From assembly GCA_016839555.1 (NCBI GenBank), contig JAEOUA010000008.1, positions 1-64,000 of the forward strand: a stretch of DNA of 64,000 nt. The letters are read 5' to 3'. Of the stretch, positions 52,222-62,353 are shown piece after piece. Below the pieces are notes generated by a model. It was not told the DNA's origin, searched no databases, and worked only from the letters and a program-made list of their open reading frames with translations. Each line of letters starts with the position of its first letter. Positions within the stretch are counted from its first letter, which is position 1. The translations under genes were made by a program, and so were the position numbers. The DNA is from Promethearchaeota archaeon. Its GTDB lineage: Archaea; Asgardarchaeota; Lokiarchaeia; Sigyniarchaeales; SOKP01.

Positions 52222-53652
52222 TCATTTATCTTCCAAGTTTATGCCTAAATCTTGCAACTTATCCCTGATTTTATCGCTTATTACATAAAGTTTCCTTTCT
52301 CTGAGTTCTTCACGGGTTTCCTTGATTATATCTAATAAGTTCTTTATTAGTTTATCTTTTTCTCCAATTGGCTCAATAATTCCAAGTTTTAATTTTTTCC
52401 TTAAGTCTGGGAATATTCCAAAAATTTGCTCTAAATCCTCAATAAATCCAAAAAATTGATTTTTAAATTCTTCTGTAATGTCAGTATTTTTCTCAAAAAC
52501 GACTCGATTAATCTCATTAAAAAGGGTTAAAATCTCTGCTATTGCCTCAGGGGTGCTAAAATCATTATCCATCGCTTCTATTATTTTTATTTTAGTTTCT
52601 TCTATTTTCGAACTTAAATCGGTTAATTTTTGAGAACTTTTATTAATTGGATTTAATTCGTGAATTTTTTTTATTGTATTTAACATTTTCTCATAATTAC
52701 TTTCTGCTTGTTGGATACTGTTCATTGTAAAATTGGCTGAGCTTCGATAATGGCTGGAGATTAAAAAAAATCGAATAACCATTGGATCAAATTTTTTAAG
52801 GAGATCCGATACTAAGAAAAAATTTCCAAGACTTTTCGACATTTTTTCTTGATCTACTTCAATAAATCCATTATGCAGAAAATACTTAGCAAATAGATCT
52901 TCCCCGGTATATGCTGTCGATTGAGCAATTTCATTTTTATGGTGAGGTGATTTTAAATCGAGACCTCCTCCATGAATATCAATCACATCCCCTAAAAACT
53001 TTAACGCCATACATGAGCATTCTATATGCCATCCTGGCCGGCCTTTTCCCCAAAGGCTTTCCCAATATGGTTCTCCTTCTTTCCAGGCCTTCCAAAGTAC
53101 AAAATCATTAGGATCATATTTATCACCATATAAAGGTTGCTCGTCTGTGGGAATTTCATACTCTATATATTCTTCTTCTTCTTTATTTTGAAAAATGGTA
53201 TTATAACCTGGATATGTCTTTACAGCAAAATATACTGACCCATTACTTTCATATGCATAGCCTTTTTCAATCAAAGTCTGAATCACTTCAATCATAAAAT
53301 CGATTATTTCCGTCGCTCTTGGAGTTCTCGTTTCGGGCTTAATATTCAAAATCCTCATTATATTATCATATTCTTCAATGTATTTTTCACTAAGTGCTTT
53401 AAAATCCATGTTTTTTTCATTAGCACGTTTTATAATCTTATCATCAATATCAGTATAATTTTTGACAATATTAACGTTAAATCCTTTATATTCTAAATAA
53501 CGTCTTATCAAATCAAAAGCGACAGCGGATTTTGCATGCCCAAGATGGGGCGAATCGTACACTGTAGGCCCACAAACATACATAAGAACCTTATCGGGAT
53601 TTAAAGGTTCAAATTTTTCTTTCTGAAAGGTTAGACTATTATAAACAAGCAT
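52222..53652 (-). CDS. cysS: Cysteine--tRNA ligase
   Basis: MYVCGPTVYDSPHLGH, GRPGWHIECS, DIHGGGLDL, KMSKSLGN. Confidence 0.97.
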   Translation of the reverse strand: MLVYNSLTFQKEKFEPLNPDKVLMYVCGPTVYDSPHLGHAKSAVAFDLIRRYLEYKGFNVNIVKNYTDIDDKIIKRANEKNMDFKALSEKYIEEYDNIMRILNIKPETRTPRATEIIDFMIEVIQTLIEKGYAYESNGSVYFAVKTYPGYNTIFQNKEEEEYIEYEIPTDEQPLYGDKYDPNDFVLWKAWKEGEPYWESLWGKGRPGWHIECSCMALKFLGDVIDIHGGGLDLKSPHHKNEIAQSTAYTGEDLFAKYFLHNGFIEVDQEKMSKSLGNFFLVSDLLKKFDPMVIRFFLISSHYRSSANFTMNSIQQAESNYEKMLNTIKKIHELNPINKSSQKLTDLSSKIEETKIKIIEAMDNDFSTPEAIAEILTLFNEINRVVFEKNTDITEEFKNQFFGFIEDLEQIFGIFPDLRKKLKLGIIEPIGEKDKLIKNLLDIIKETREELRERKLYVISDKIRDKLQDLGINLEDK

Positions 53653-53786
53653 TTATCTACTTCACCATAAAAAGAAACTCATATTAATCTAGATTTTTTA
53701 GATCATCATACCATTTATTATTTTCTCTAATTTTTTATTATTACAACTTGACAGCAATTAAATTGCTAAATAGAATGACATTATCT

Positions 53787-54359
53787 TTAATTACAATAAT
53801 TCACCCATTTTTGAGGGTTTTTAGCATATCCTTTCTCATCTATAGCTCCGATTCTGTCTATAATTTTTTGAGGTATGGGATTTTTTCCAATTCTTAATAT
53901 TTTTAATTTTTTTAAATTTCCCAAACCCTCAATAGTTCTTATATTATTTTCATATAGATTTAAATTTAATAAGTTATGTAAATTCTCAAGACCTTCAATT
54001 TTTGTAATTTTATTAGTCTCAAATGAAAGCGTTTCAAGATTTTTTAGATTGCTAAGGTTCTCAATTTTAGAAATTTTATTTTCGGAAAGATAGAGCACTT
54101 TTAAATTTGAAAGCGCTTCTAGATTTTCAATTCTTTGAATTTTATTTCCATAAAGATTAAGCTTTTCTAAACCTTTAAGATTATTTAATCCTTGAATTTC
54201 TGTTATATTATTATTAAACAAATATAATTCTTTTAAATTCGGTAAATTCTCCAAATTAATCATTTGTTTTATATTTTTTATCCCAATATTACCTAAAATT
54301 AATTTCTGATTCTTTAGATAATATTTTTTACCTTTAACTACAACATAATCTTGAGCCAT
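53787..54359 (-). CDS. Leucine-rich repeat protein (SDS22-like 22-aa repeats)
   Basis: Repeats LENLPNLKELYLFNNNITEIQG / LEKLNLYGNKIQRIEN. Confidence 0.92.
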   Translation of the reverse strand: MAQDYVVVKGKKYYLKNQKLILGNIGIKNIKQMINLENLPNLKELYLFNNNITEIQGLNNLKGLEKLNLYGNKIQRIENLEALSNLKVLYLSENKISKIENLSNLKNLETLSFETNKITKIEGLENLHNLLNLNLYENNIRTIEGLGNLKKLKILRIGKNPIPQKIIDRIGAIDEKGYAKNPQKWVNYCN

Positions 54360-54468
54360 AAATTAATCATATTCTAAAAGTGTTTTAAAAATTCAAATTA
54401 TTTTAATGATTAATTCAAAAAAGAAGTTTTGCAAACCTATTTCTTTTCAAATATATTAGTGTAAAAAA

Positions 54469-54566
54469 AGCCAGCGATGGGAATTGAACCCATGATAAAT
54501 GGCTTTCCACGATAGTTGGGTATTTAAGTTCTGCAGGCCATCTCCTTGCCGCTCGGAAACGCTGGC
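54469..54566 (-). tRNA. tRNA-Cys(GCA) with 26-nt intron at 37/38 (intron 54505-54530)
   Basis: Acceptor GCCAGCG/CGCTGGC + U discriminator; anticodon stem ATGGC/GCCAT with CT-GCA-G; T arm ATGGG-TTCAATT-CCCAT; CCA not encoded. Confidence 0.92.
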
Positions 54567-54762
54567 GTGAACAAATAATATTGACTGAAATGTGAATTAT
54601 CAATTCACAATAAATATTCAATAGCTTGATTTAAATAATTAATGTTAATTATAAAATGATTGAAAAAAATAAAATAATAAGTTAGGAATTAATCTTATAT
54701 TGTTAATTTATTAGGAATTGTATTCTTTAATATCTTGGAAACTAAAAATTATTTTGGATAAA

Positions 54763-55053
54763 ATGACAGAACTGGAGAGAATTGAGAAGATTCTTAAAAA
54801 ACATATGAAAATTTTGAAAAAAAAATTCTATGTTAAAAGAATTGGTATTTTTGGTTCCCTTTCAAAAGGAAAGCAAACTCCTGAGAGCGATGTTGATATT
54901 TTAGTTGAGCTAAATGGTCCAATAGGTTGGGATTTTGTAGAATTAAAGTATTTTCTAGAAGAGATCATTGGAAAGAAAGTCGATTTAGTTAGTATTAAAG
55001 CATTAAAACCACAACTCAAAAAAAATATTTTAAATGAGGTTATCTATGTATGA
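54763..55053 (+). CDS. Minimal nucleotidyltransferase (MNT) antitoxin
   Basis: GIFGSLSKG...SDVDILV, KVDLV; ATG at 54763. Confidence 0.9.
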   Translation: MTELERIEKILKKHMKILKKKFYVKRIGIFGSLSKGKQTPESDVDILVELNGPIGWDFVELKYFLEEIIGKKVDLVSIKALKPQLKKNILNEVIYV

Positions 55054-55399
55054 CCGATGACATTGATAAAGTTAAACTATATTTAGAAGATATTTTAGAA
55101 GCTATTCAAAAAATAGCAAAATATACAAAAAATTTAAATAAATCAACTTTTAAGAAAAAAGAAATTATAATCATGCCGTTTTAAGAAATTTAGAAATATT
55201 GGGAGAAGCATCTCGAAATCTACCAGATGACTTTAAAGCTAAATTTACTCAAATCCCATGGAAAAAAATTATCGGATTAAGAAATATAGTATTACATGAA
55301 TATATTAATATTGATTTAGACATCATATGGGATATAATTACCAAAAACATCCCTGAAACTGAATTAAAAATAGAAAAAATATATAAAAACTTTTTTTAA
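55050..55399 (+). pseudogene. HEPN (DUF86) toxin gene with a single-base frameshift near 55172
   Basis: ATG overlaps the MNT stop; YLEDILEAIQKI...EIII then 'atc atg ccg ttt taa'; restoring one G gives DAVLRNLEILGEA...LRNIVLHEY. Confidence 0.85.
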
Positions 55400-55614
55400 T
55401 ATGATTTTTCCTAAATTCCTTTTAATAAATGTCTTTATTCTTATTTTGTTTAGATTATTTTATAAAATAAAAAATTATATATAGATTAATTTATGAAAGA
55501 TTCTCTCTTTTCTTTTAGAGTTAATATTTCATAAAACTAAAGCTTATTATTTTGGTTAACTAGTTTTGAAATTAGAAATATAATTATAAATCAATAAATA
55601 AATGGTGAAAAATT

Positions 55615-55923
55615 ATGTCCGAAGAAAAAGAACGAATAATTATAAGTCCTTCAATATGTGGTTGGGCTGATGAGGATCACAAAACTTATAGAATTGAAGT
55701 AGAATTACCGGGTGTGGATAAAGATACAATTAAACTTAAGATGCATGAAGATAGTTTCTTTTTGAAGGGAGAGACGGATAATGTAGTATATGTTGGATCA
55801 TATGCTGTTTGCTGTCCAGTAAAACCAGGGGAGGCTAAAGCTAACTACAAAAATGGATTACTGAAGGTTGAAGTTCCCTTTAAAGATCCATTGGAAGATG
55901 CGATTGATATAGAAATTCATTAA
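55615..55923 (+). CDS. Small heat-shock protein (Hsp20 family)
   Basis: IEVELPGVDKDTI, AKANYKNGLLKVEVP. Confidence 0.9.
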   Translation: MSEEKERIIISPSICGWADEDHKTYRIEVELPGVDKDTIKLKMHEDSFFLKGETDNVVYVGSYAVCCPVKPGEAKANYKNGLLKVEVPFKDPLEDAIDIEIH

Positions 55924-55972
55924 TTTTTCTTTTTTAATTTAATAATAAACACTTTAAAAAAAGGTGTAAAAT

Positions 55973-56278
55973 ATGTCAGAAGAATTAGAAAAAAGAATTA
56001 TATCCCCAAATATGTGTTCATGGCTCGATGATGAACATAATACATCACATATTGAGATAGAGCTACCTGGTGTAGAAAAAGATACTATAAAGTTGCGAAT
56101 GCATGAAGACTCATTTTTTATTTCTGGAGAAACAGAACAAATAAGATATATTGGTTCTTATTCGTTATGCTGTCCTGTGATTCCAGAAAATGCTAAAGCA
56201 ACCTATAAAGAAGGATTATTAACATTTGATGTTCCCTTTAAAACAAAATTCGAAAGTGTAGATGTAGAAATTCATTAA
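55973..56278 (+). CDS. Small heat-shock protein (Hsp20 family), tandem paralogue
   Basis: IEIELPGVEKDTI, AKATYKEGLLTFDVP. Confidence 0.9.
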   Translation: MSEELEKRIISPNMCSWLDDEHNTSHIEIELPGVEKDTIKLRMHEDSFFISGETEQIRYIGSYSLCCPVIPENAKATYKEGLLTFDVPFKTKFESVDVEIH

Positions 56279-56356
56279 ATAACTTTTTTTTATTTTAAAT
56301 TTTTTATCAGACTTGCTTTTCCATTGTTCTATATGAAAGATCTTGTCATGAAGCAA

Positions 56357-57223
56357 TTAATTAACTTTCTCCGCGATAATAAATATATGGCGTTCTGGTA
56401 CAAGTGGTTCATCAATTCCAACATAATCAGTTTCAATTATATCAAATCCATGTGCTTTTAAAAGTTTTTCCCACTCTTTTACCTTAAGGAAATTGAGAGG
56501 TACATTAATATCTTCACCCCCAATTACTCGATTATAAAACCAATCAACAAAACAGTTAGTTATTTTAAAATCATCCTTTTCAATATAAGCTTCTTTGATT
56601 ACTAAACGTTGTTTAGTTACTCTAGTTGCTTCTTCTAATAGATGTTCAGGATCATTCGCATGATGTAACACAGTATATAGAATAGTTGTATCTACTTCTT
56701 GATCTGCTAAAGGTACTTTATGCTTTGGATTATATAATATTAATGGTAATTCTGTATAATTATAATCCAAAACATCAATTAGAACAACTTCTTTATCAAG
56801 TTCTTTTTTTATCACTTGTGCTAAAAGACCATTTCCAGCACCAAGATCCAAAATTTTCTTTCCTACGATATAATCTCTTATTTTTTCAAACCTCTTTTTA
56901 ACTTCTTTGAATTCTTTAGCTTTTAGATCTTTTTCATTATCAACATGTCTTTTAATAAATTTTCGCAATGTATTTTCGACGTTAATAAGTGGAATTCCTT
57001 TTTTCATGCCTTTAGTTATAGTTCTATTTACATATAGCCAAAAAATCCTTCTTTTAAAATAATTAACATCAGCATTTTTCATTGCAGATAGTAACAATGA
57101 GCGGATTTCATTCCAATAATGCTTGTATTCTTCGTTACTTTTAGAAAATATTGGATATATTACATCTTCTATAATATTTATATCATTTGGATTATCTAAT
57201 TTATTAAATTTTATGTGGTTCAT
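56357..57223 (-). CDS. Class I SAM-dependent methyltransferase
   Basis: ILDLGAGNG, TVLHH, LLEEATRV. Confidence 0.88.
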   Translation of the reverse strand: MNHIKFNKLDNPNDINIIEDVIYPIFSKSNEEYKHYWNEIRSLLLSAMKNADVNYFKRRIFWLYVNRTITKGMKKGIPLINVENTLRKFIKRHVDNEKDLKAKEFKEVKKRFEKIRDYIVGKKILDLGAGNGLLAQVIKKELDKEVVLIDVLDYNYTELPLILYNPKHKVPLADQEVDTTILYTVLHHANDPEHLLEEATRVTKQRLVIKEAYIEKDDFKITNCFVDWFYNRVIGGEDINVPLNFLKVKEWEKLLKAHGFDIIETDYVGIDEPLVPERHIFIIAEKVN

Positions 57224-57256
57224 TTTTTATTAATATTAGTATTATTTTTAAGTAAT

Positions 57257-57298
57257 TGAGTATTTACTCATTTATAAACTTTATGAGCAATTACTCAT
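57257..57298. promoter_or_regulatory. Twin palindromic operators flanking a TATA-like box in the divergent tetR/methyltransferase promoter
   Basis: TGAGTATTTACTCA (57257-57270), TTTATAAA (57271-57278), TGAGCAATTACTCA (57284-57297). Confidence 0.75.
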
Positions 57299-57311
57299 TT
57301 AATAAATTAAG

Positions 57312-57926
57312 ATGTCAAAAAAAAAATTCTCTAGAAATAAAGAAGAAAAAATAGAACGCATTTATAAAGAATTCTTTAATCTAATATTAAAAAAAGGTTA
57401 TCATAACACAAGTACGAATCATATCGCAGAATCTGCTAAAATTAGTATAGGTACAATTTATAAATATTTTCCTAAAGGAAAAGAAGATATTATAAGAAAA
57501 TATTTTGAAGAATCAATGGAAAATATGTTGGAATCAGATGATTTGATTAGTTTAAATGATGATAATATTAGGAATAATCTTAATCATTTTATTACAGAGT
57601 TAATAAAATATCATAAGGAGAATAGAGGATATCATCTAGCTTTTAGATCTGCTATACAATCTGATAAAAAATTGCTTGCTTCACATAGAGAGAAAACATT
57701 TTTAATATTTAAAGACAGGGCGCAGAAATTAAGAAAAGCTAATAAAAATTTTGAAAAAATACCCGAAAAAGGATTAGTTGAAGCTTTTGTATTTGCATAT
57801 AATCTTGTTAATGCTATACTCTATCATCATTTATCAATAATGAAATTTTTTGATTCAGAAGATAAATTAATTGAATATCTTTTGAATTTGGTGGTTTTTT
57901 CATTACAATATTTACTTAAATCATAA
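57312..57926 (+). CDS. TetR/AcrR family transcriptional regulator
   Basis: KKGYHNTSTNHIAESAKISIGTIYKYF. Confidence 0.92.
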   Translation: MSKKKFSRNKEEKIERIYKEFFNLILKKGYHNTSTNHIAESAKISIGTIYKYFPKGKEDIIRKYFEESMENMLESDDLISLNDDNIRNNLNHFITELIKYHKENRGYHLAFRSAIQSDKKLLASHREKTFLIFKDRAQKLRKANKNFEKIPEKGLVEAFVFAYNLVNAILYHHLSIMKFFDSEDKLIEYLLNLVVFSLQYLLKS

Positions 57927-57956
57927 ATAAGACAAAATAAGATGAAATGAAAAATA

Positions 57957-58898
57957 TTAATATTTAATTTCGGTTTTTTTAAGGTAATCAAATGCAGAAT
58001 AGGCTGCGATAACTCCTTCCGATACACCTGTAATAGCTTGTTTAAAAGGGGCGTCAGCAACATCCCCAGCGGCATATATACCTGAAATATTTGTTTCAGA
58101 CTTTCTATTAATTATAATCTCTCCTTTTTCGTTGGTTTTAACACCTATTTTTTCAGCAATATCAGATGCCGGAATGGAACCAATTTCAATAAAAACTCCG
58201 TCAACTTCTAAATTTTCTCCATTATCGAATACAACGGATGTCACATTATTTTCATCTCCTTTAATTTCATTAATATTAGTATTATAAATGATTTCGATTT
58301 TTTCATTTTCAAGCACTCGCTTTTTATTAATCGGTTCTGCCCGTATCTCATCTCTTCGATATATAATATATACTTTTTTAGCATGTCTTGCTAGAAAAAG
58401 TGCCTCTTTAGCAGCTGAGTCGCTTCCACCAATAACGCTTACAATTTTATCTTTAAAAAAAGGCCCATCGCATGTAGCGCAATAAGATACTCCTTTTCCC
58501 GTATATTTTTTTTCTCCAGCGATATTAAGCTTTCTGCGTTCTGAGCCGGTTGCAATACATATGGTCTTTGCCTTAAAGGTTTGGAAGAATGATTTCAAGA
58601 TGAAATAATCATTTTCTTTACTGATTTCATTAATTTCGTCAGTAATATAAGGAATTTCAAGAGAATTAATATGATCTCTAAACATTTCCATAAGTTCAGT
58701 CCCTGTAACCGAGGTAATTCCAGGATAATTCTCGACGATATGAGTTGTAGTTATTAATCCTCCATATTCTCTACCGATTAATAGAAATTCCAAATCAAAT
58801 CTCGCAGCATAAATCGCACATCCTAATGCTGTTGGACCAAGCCCTAAGATGATAATATCATAAATCTTTTCAGGATCTAATTGTTCTAAATTATACAT
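57957..58898 (-). CDS. trxB: Thioredoxin reductase
   Basis: VENYPG, GVSYCATCDG, VIGGSDSA, GIYAAGDV. Confidence 0.95.
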   Translation of the reverse strand: MYNLEQLDPEKIYDIIILGLGPTALGCAIYAARFDLEFLLIGREYGGLITTTHIVENYPGITSVTGTELMEMFRDHINSLEIPYITDEINEISKENDYFILKSFFQTFKAKTICIATGSERRKLNIAGEKKYTGKGVSYCATCDGPFFKDKIVSVIGGSDSAAKEALFLARHAKKVYIIYRRDEIRAEPINKKRVLENEKIEIIYNTNINEIKGDENNVTSVVFDNGENLEVDGVFIEIGSIPASDIAEKIGVKTNEKGEIIINRKSETNISGIYAAGDVADAPFKQAITGVSEGVIAAYSAFDYLKKTEIKY

Positions 58899-58998
58899 AT
58901 TATACCCTTTTTTGAAATTATTCTTACAATATAGCTTATTTTTTTATGAGTTTTAAATAAAGGTAACACATTAAAGAGAGTTTAGTTTCTTATCAGAA

Positions 58999-59694
58999 TT
59001 ATCTGTATTGAATATTAATATTTGAAACTATTAATTCTCTTAGAAGTTGTTGAGATCCAATCATCCCCTGAATCGCTGGTCGCTCATTTATAATAGTATA
59101 GGGGACTCCTGAGGCGTTATAATATTGTCCAATATCTTGATTGGCAAGAATATCAACAATTACTGATCTAATTTTTCCCTCGGACGCAATTGCAAACAGA
59201 TTTGCGGTTTCAATCAACTGAGGACAATATGGACATTGCATTGTCATCATTATCTTTATAGTTGTTGGGTTAATTCTATGAAGATTTTGTTTAATTGCAT
59301 TTTCAAAATAATTGGGTCCTCCAGCAAAAGCGAATATCGTTTTTACGAAGGGCTGGATTTCTAACCCATGGGGTGCTGCCAAATATCTCACCAATTCTCT
59401 ATCTCTATCATCAATAAATAATATAGTCGGAACTCTTTGAATATCATATCTTCGGGCAAATTCCTGATTTTCGCTAATAGATAATTCCTGAACTTCTAAC
59501 ATTCCATTTGAATTTTCTTCATAAATTCGAAGTAAATTCATAAGATTATTACAATCATAACATTCTCTTACTTTAGTTCCATCGGGATTCGTTTTTAATG
59601 AAGTAAAAACCCTTAATTTTGCATTTTTTTGCAATTTCGACATTTCTCGTTGAATTATATTCTTATAGTTTTCTGTAGTTGCTATTATTACCAC
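58999..59694 (-). CDS. Protein disulfide oxidoreductase (double thioredoxin fold, PDO/AhpF-NTD type)
   Basis: CYDC and CPYC active sites. Confidence 0.88.
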   Translation of the reverse strand: MVIIATTENYKNIIQREMSKLQKNAKLRVFTSLKTNPDGTKVRECYDCNNLMNLLRIYEENSNGMLEVQELSISENQEFARRYDIQRVPTILFIDDRDRELVRYLAAPHGLEIQPFVKTIFAFAGGPNYFENAIKQNLHRINPTTIKIMMTMQCPYCPQLIETANLFAIASEGKIRSVIVDILANQDIGQYYNASGVPYTIINERPAIQGMIGSQQLLRELIVSNINIQYR

Positions 59695-59725
59695 CTCCTC
59701 CTTAAATTAATTATTTAAATAAAAG

Positions 59726-60430
59726 TTAAGCATACATTCCTCCAAAATCTCTTTGTCCTCCAGTTAATTTATCCAAAAGATCTTGTGGAGTAAAGAGACC
59801 ATATAAAGTATCTTTCTTGTTAATCATTGTATTAGGTACACTTGTGATGTTATATTCTTGAGCAATATCTGGATTTGCATTAATATCTATTACTTTAACA
59901 TTTATTTTTCCATCTGAAACAAGTGCAAACAAATTAGCAATAGGAATAACTTGAGGGCAGTATGGACATGTATGGGTTATAAACATAGTAATTTCTGATT
60001 TCTGGATATTTTTCAAATTTGTTTTTATTTGGTCCTTATAAAATGGACTTAATCCTGAATAGAATTGCAAAGTTTTTATAAATCCAACTAATTGATTTCC
60101 ATCCGGGACTGCGGTATATCTTATCATTTCTTTTCCATTTTTATCCAAAAAGATAATGGTTGGAATTCTTTCAATATGAAATTTCTCTATAAACTCTTGA
60201 TCTTCATTAGTTGATATTTCTATAATTTTTAATTTCCCTTGCGAGGCTTTTTCTAATTCATTTAATATATTCATTATGCTATTACAAGACAAGCATTGTC
60301 TTCTTTTTTTTTCTTCTTTAGAAGCTTTATAATCAGTAACTACTCGTAAGGTGATCTCATTTTTTAATTTCGACATCTCATTATTGATTATTTTCTCTTC
60401 GCGGTCAGAAAATACCATTTTTAAATTCAC
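59726..60430 (-). CDS. Protein disulfide oxidoreductase, tandem paralogue
   Basis: CLSC and CPYC active sites. Confidence 0.88.
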   Translation of the reverse strand: MNLKMVFSDREEKIINNEMSKLKNEITLRVVTDYKASKEEKKRRQCLSCNSIMNILNELEKASQGKLKIIEISTNEDQEFIEKFHIERIPTIIFLDKNGKEMIRYTAVPDGNQLVGFIKTLQFYSGLSPFYKDQIKTNLKNIQKSEITMFITHTCPYCPQVIPIANLFALVSDGKINVKVIDINANPDIAQEYNITSVPNTMINKKDTLYGLFTPQDLLDKLTGGQRDFGGMYA

Positions 60431-60857
60431 TGATTTTTCTAAATCTATATCTAATTACTTAGAGATTATTTGTATTAAAAATATTTTTCTTAATAAAATA
60501 AAAATAAGTAAATGATCTAATTTACTGAATATAATTTTAAGGAAAAAAATATTAAGAAAAAATTAATTTATTCTTTCTAATTTTTATTACTTTCTCTAAA
60601 GATATTAAATCAATATGTCCCATTATATAAAGATTCATAATACTTATTCTATTTCTCGCTTCAAGCTTTAGATTCTGACCATAAATCTAAAAAATAAATC
60701 ATAAAATTATTATTTATTTTCTAAATAGGTTTAACTAATTATTAATTTTAATAAAAATCACACAATCTTTGAAAAAGTTTAATTACTTTATCATTCAAAT
60801 AAAATTAAAATAAATTATATAAATTTTTCAAAATAATTAATAAAAACTGAATTAAAA

Positions 60858-62234
60858 ATGGAACAGCAAACCTTTGGAAAAGTACAGAAATGGTCTTTCG
60901 GATTGGGTTCATATGCGCAATGGTTCATAAACGGTGCGTTTAATACGTGGGTTTTTTCATTCTATTTCTCCGCAGTGAGACTAAATGTTATATATCTAAT
61001 GATAGCTTTTGTCTGTTGGACATTCTGGAATGCAATAAACGATCCTTTAATAGGTTATCTCTCTGACAAAACACATACTAGATTCGGTCGCCGTAAACCG
61101 TTCATTATGATTGGATCAATCCCAATATTGATAATAGAAATAATGATATGGCTTCCCAGACCAGGGAGTGATCTCATTAACTTCATTTATCTTTTAATTA
61201 TGCTAATTTGTTATGATACTTTTTATACTATGGTGGCATTACCATTTGATTCTCTCTTTCCTGAGTTATATACCTCTGTAGAGGAGCGCGCTGAAGTAAA
61301 CACAATCAAACAAGTGATGGCAACAGTTGGATTAATAATGGCATTTCTGATTCCGGGTATCTTTATTGGTAGAATATCTGATCCTTCCGGATATTTAACA
61401 AATGGGATTGTTACTTCTATTTGTGTAGGAATAGCATTACTTCTTTCCCTAAAATATGGGGTAAGAGAGCGTGAAGAGTTCAAAATGGATCATATGCATG
61501 GATTTAACTTCTTTGATAGTTTAAAATATACCTTAAAGAATAGAGGGTTTATCCTGTATACACTTATGTTTTTCCTTTATGAATACCTTACTTTAGTATT
61601 AAGTACAACAGTGCCTTTATATGGTGATGAAATTTTAAACGTAGGGACATTTATGACATCAATTCTTTTAGGGCTTCTATTTATTGTTGGAATTGCAACT
61701 GTGATTATATGGATGAAATTAGACGTGAAATTAGGTAGCAGGAAAGTGTATGCTATTTCGATTCTTGCTTATTTTGTCGCTAGCTTACCTATTCTCTTTA
61801 TTGATGAGTTTATTTTCGCTTTAATTACAGTGATATTTATGGGATTTGGTTTCGGGGGGATGCTTTACTTTATTTATTTACTCATCGCAGATGTAATTGA
61901 TGAGGATGAATTAAAAACAGGTGTCCGAAGAGAAGGTACTTTCTTTGGAGTTACTAATTTCTTCATGCGTTTAGCGATGGTAGCTTCAATCCTAACTGTT
62001 GGGTCGATGTTTATTTCCACTGGCTGGGAGGAGTGGGTACCCAATCCTAATATTGATACACTTTTAGCTTTAAGATTATTAATTGTTGTTGTTCCTGGCA
62101 TCGCCTTAGGAATAACAGCTTTATGTTTGTACTTCTATCCATTCCCAAAAGAAAAAGTAGACAATATAAAACTCCAACTTAAAGAGTTGCATGATCAAAA
62201 AAGAGATAAAGTAAGATCACAAATAAAACCATAA
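60858..62234 (+). CDS. GPH-family (MelB-like) MFS sugar:cation symporter
   Basis: WNAINDPLIGYLSDKTHTRFGRRKPF, ADVIDEDELKTGVRREG. Confidence 0.92.
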   Translation: MEQQTFGKVQKWSFGLGSYAQWFINGAFNTWVFSFYFSAVRLNVIYLMIAFVCWTFWNAINDPLIGYLSDKTHTRFGRRKPFIMIGSIPILIIEIMIWLPRPGSDLINFIYLLIMLICYDTFYTMVALPFDSLFPELYTSVEERAEVNTIKQVMATVGLIMAFLIPGIFIGRISDPSGYLTNGIVTSICVGIALLLSLKYGVREREEFKMDHMHGFNFFDSLKYTLKNRGFILYTLMFFLYEYLTLVLSTTVPLYGDEILNVGTFMTSILLGLLFIVGIATVIIWMKLDVKLGSRKVYAISILAYFVASLPILFIDEFIFALITVIFMGFGFGGMLYFIYLLIADVIDEDELKTGVRREGTFFGVTNFFMRLAMVASILTVGSMFISTGWEEWVPNPNIDTLLALRLLIVVVPGIALGITALCLYFYPFPKEKVDNIKLQLKELHDQKRDKVRSQIKP

Positions 62235-62353
62235 TCAAAAATTTTTTTCTTGATTTCTTTATTTTATTTAATAGTTTTTTTTAATTTGTTGAATTTTATT
62301 AATATACTGAGTATATATTTTATTAAAAAATATCATAATTCATTTGTGTTATA

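Noticed and set aside
54469-54566. Long tRNA as possible tRNA-Sec, given the selenoprotein genes
   Set aside because: Anticodon is GCA with a 7-bp acceptor stem and U73; the extra length is an anticodon-loop intron, not a variable arm
695-62101. Numerous 60-210 aa antisense or overlapping ORFs in the track (e.g. 695-1153, 7979-8317, 15351-15986, 21147-21782, 25398-25865, 48707-49171, 49504-49860, 54415-54621)
   Set aside because: They shadow well-supported genes or the tRNA and have the Ser/Phe/Ile-rich composition of reverse-strand artefacts
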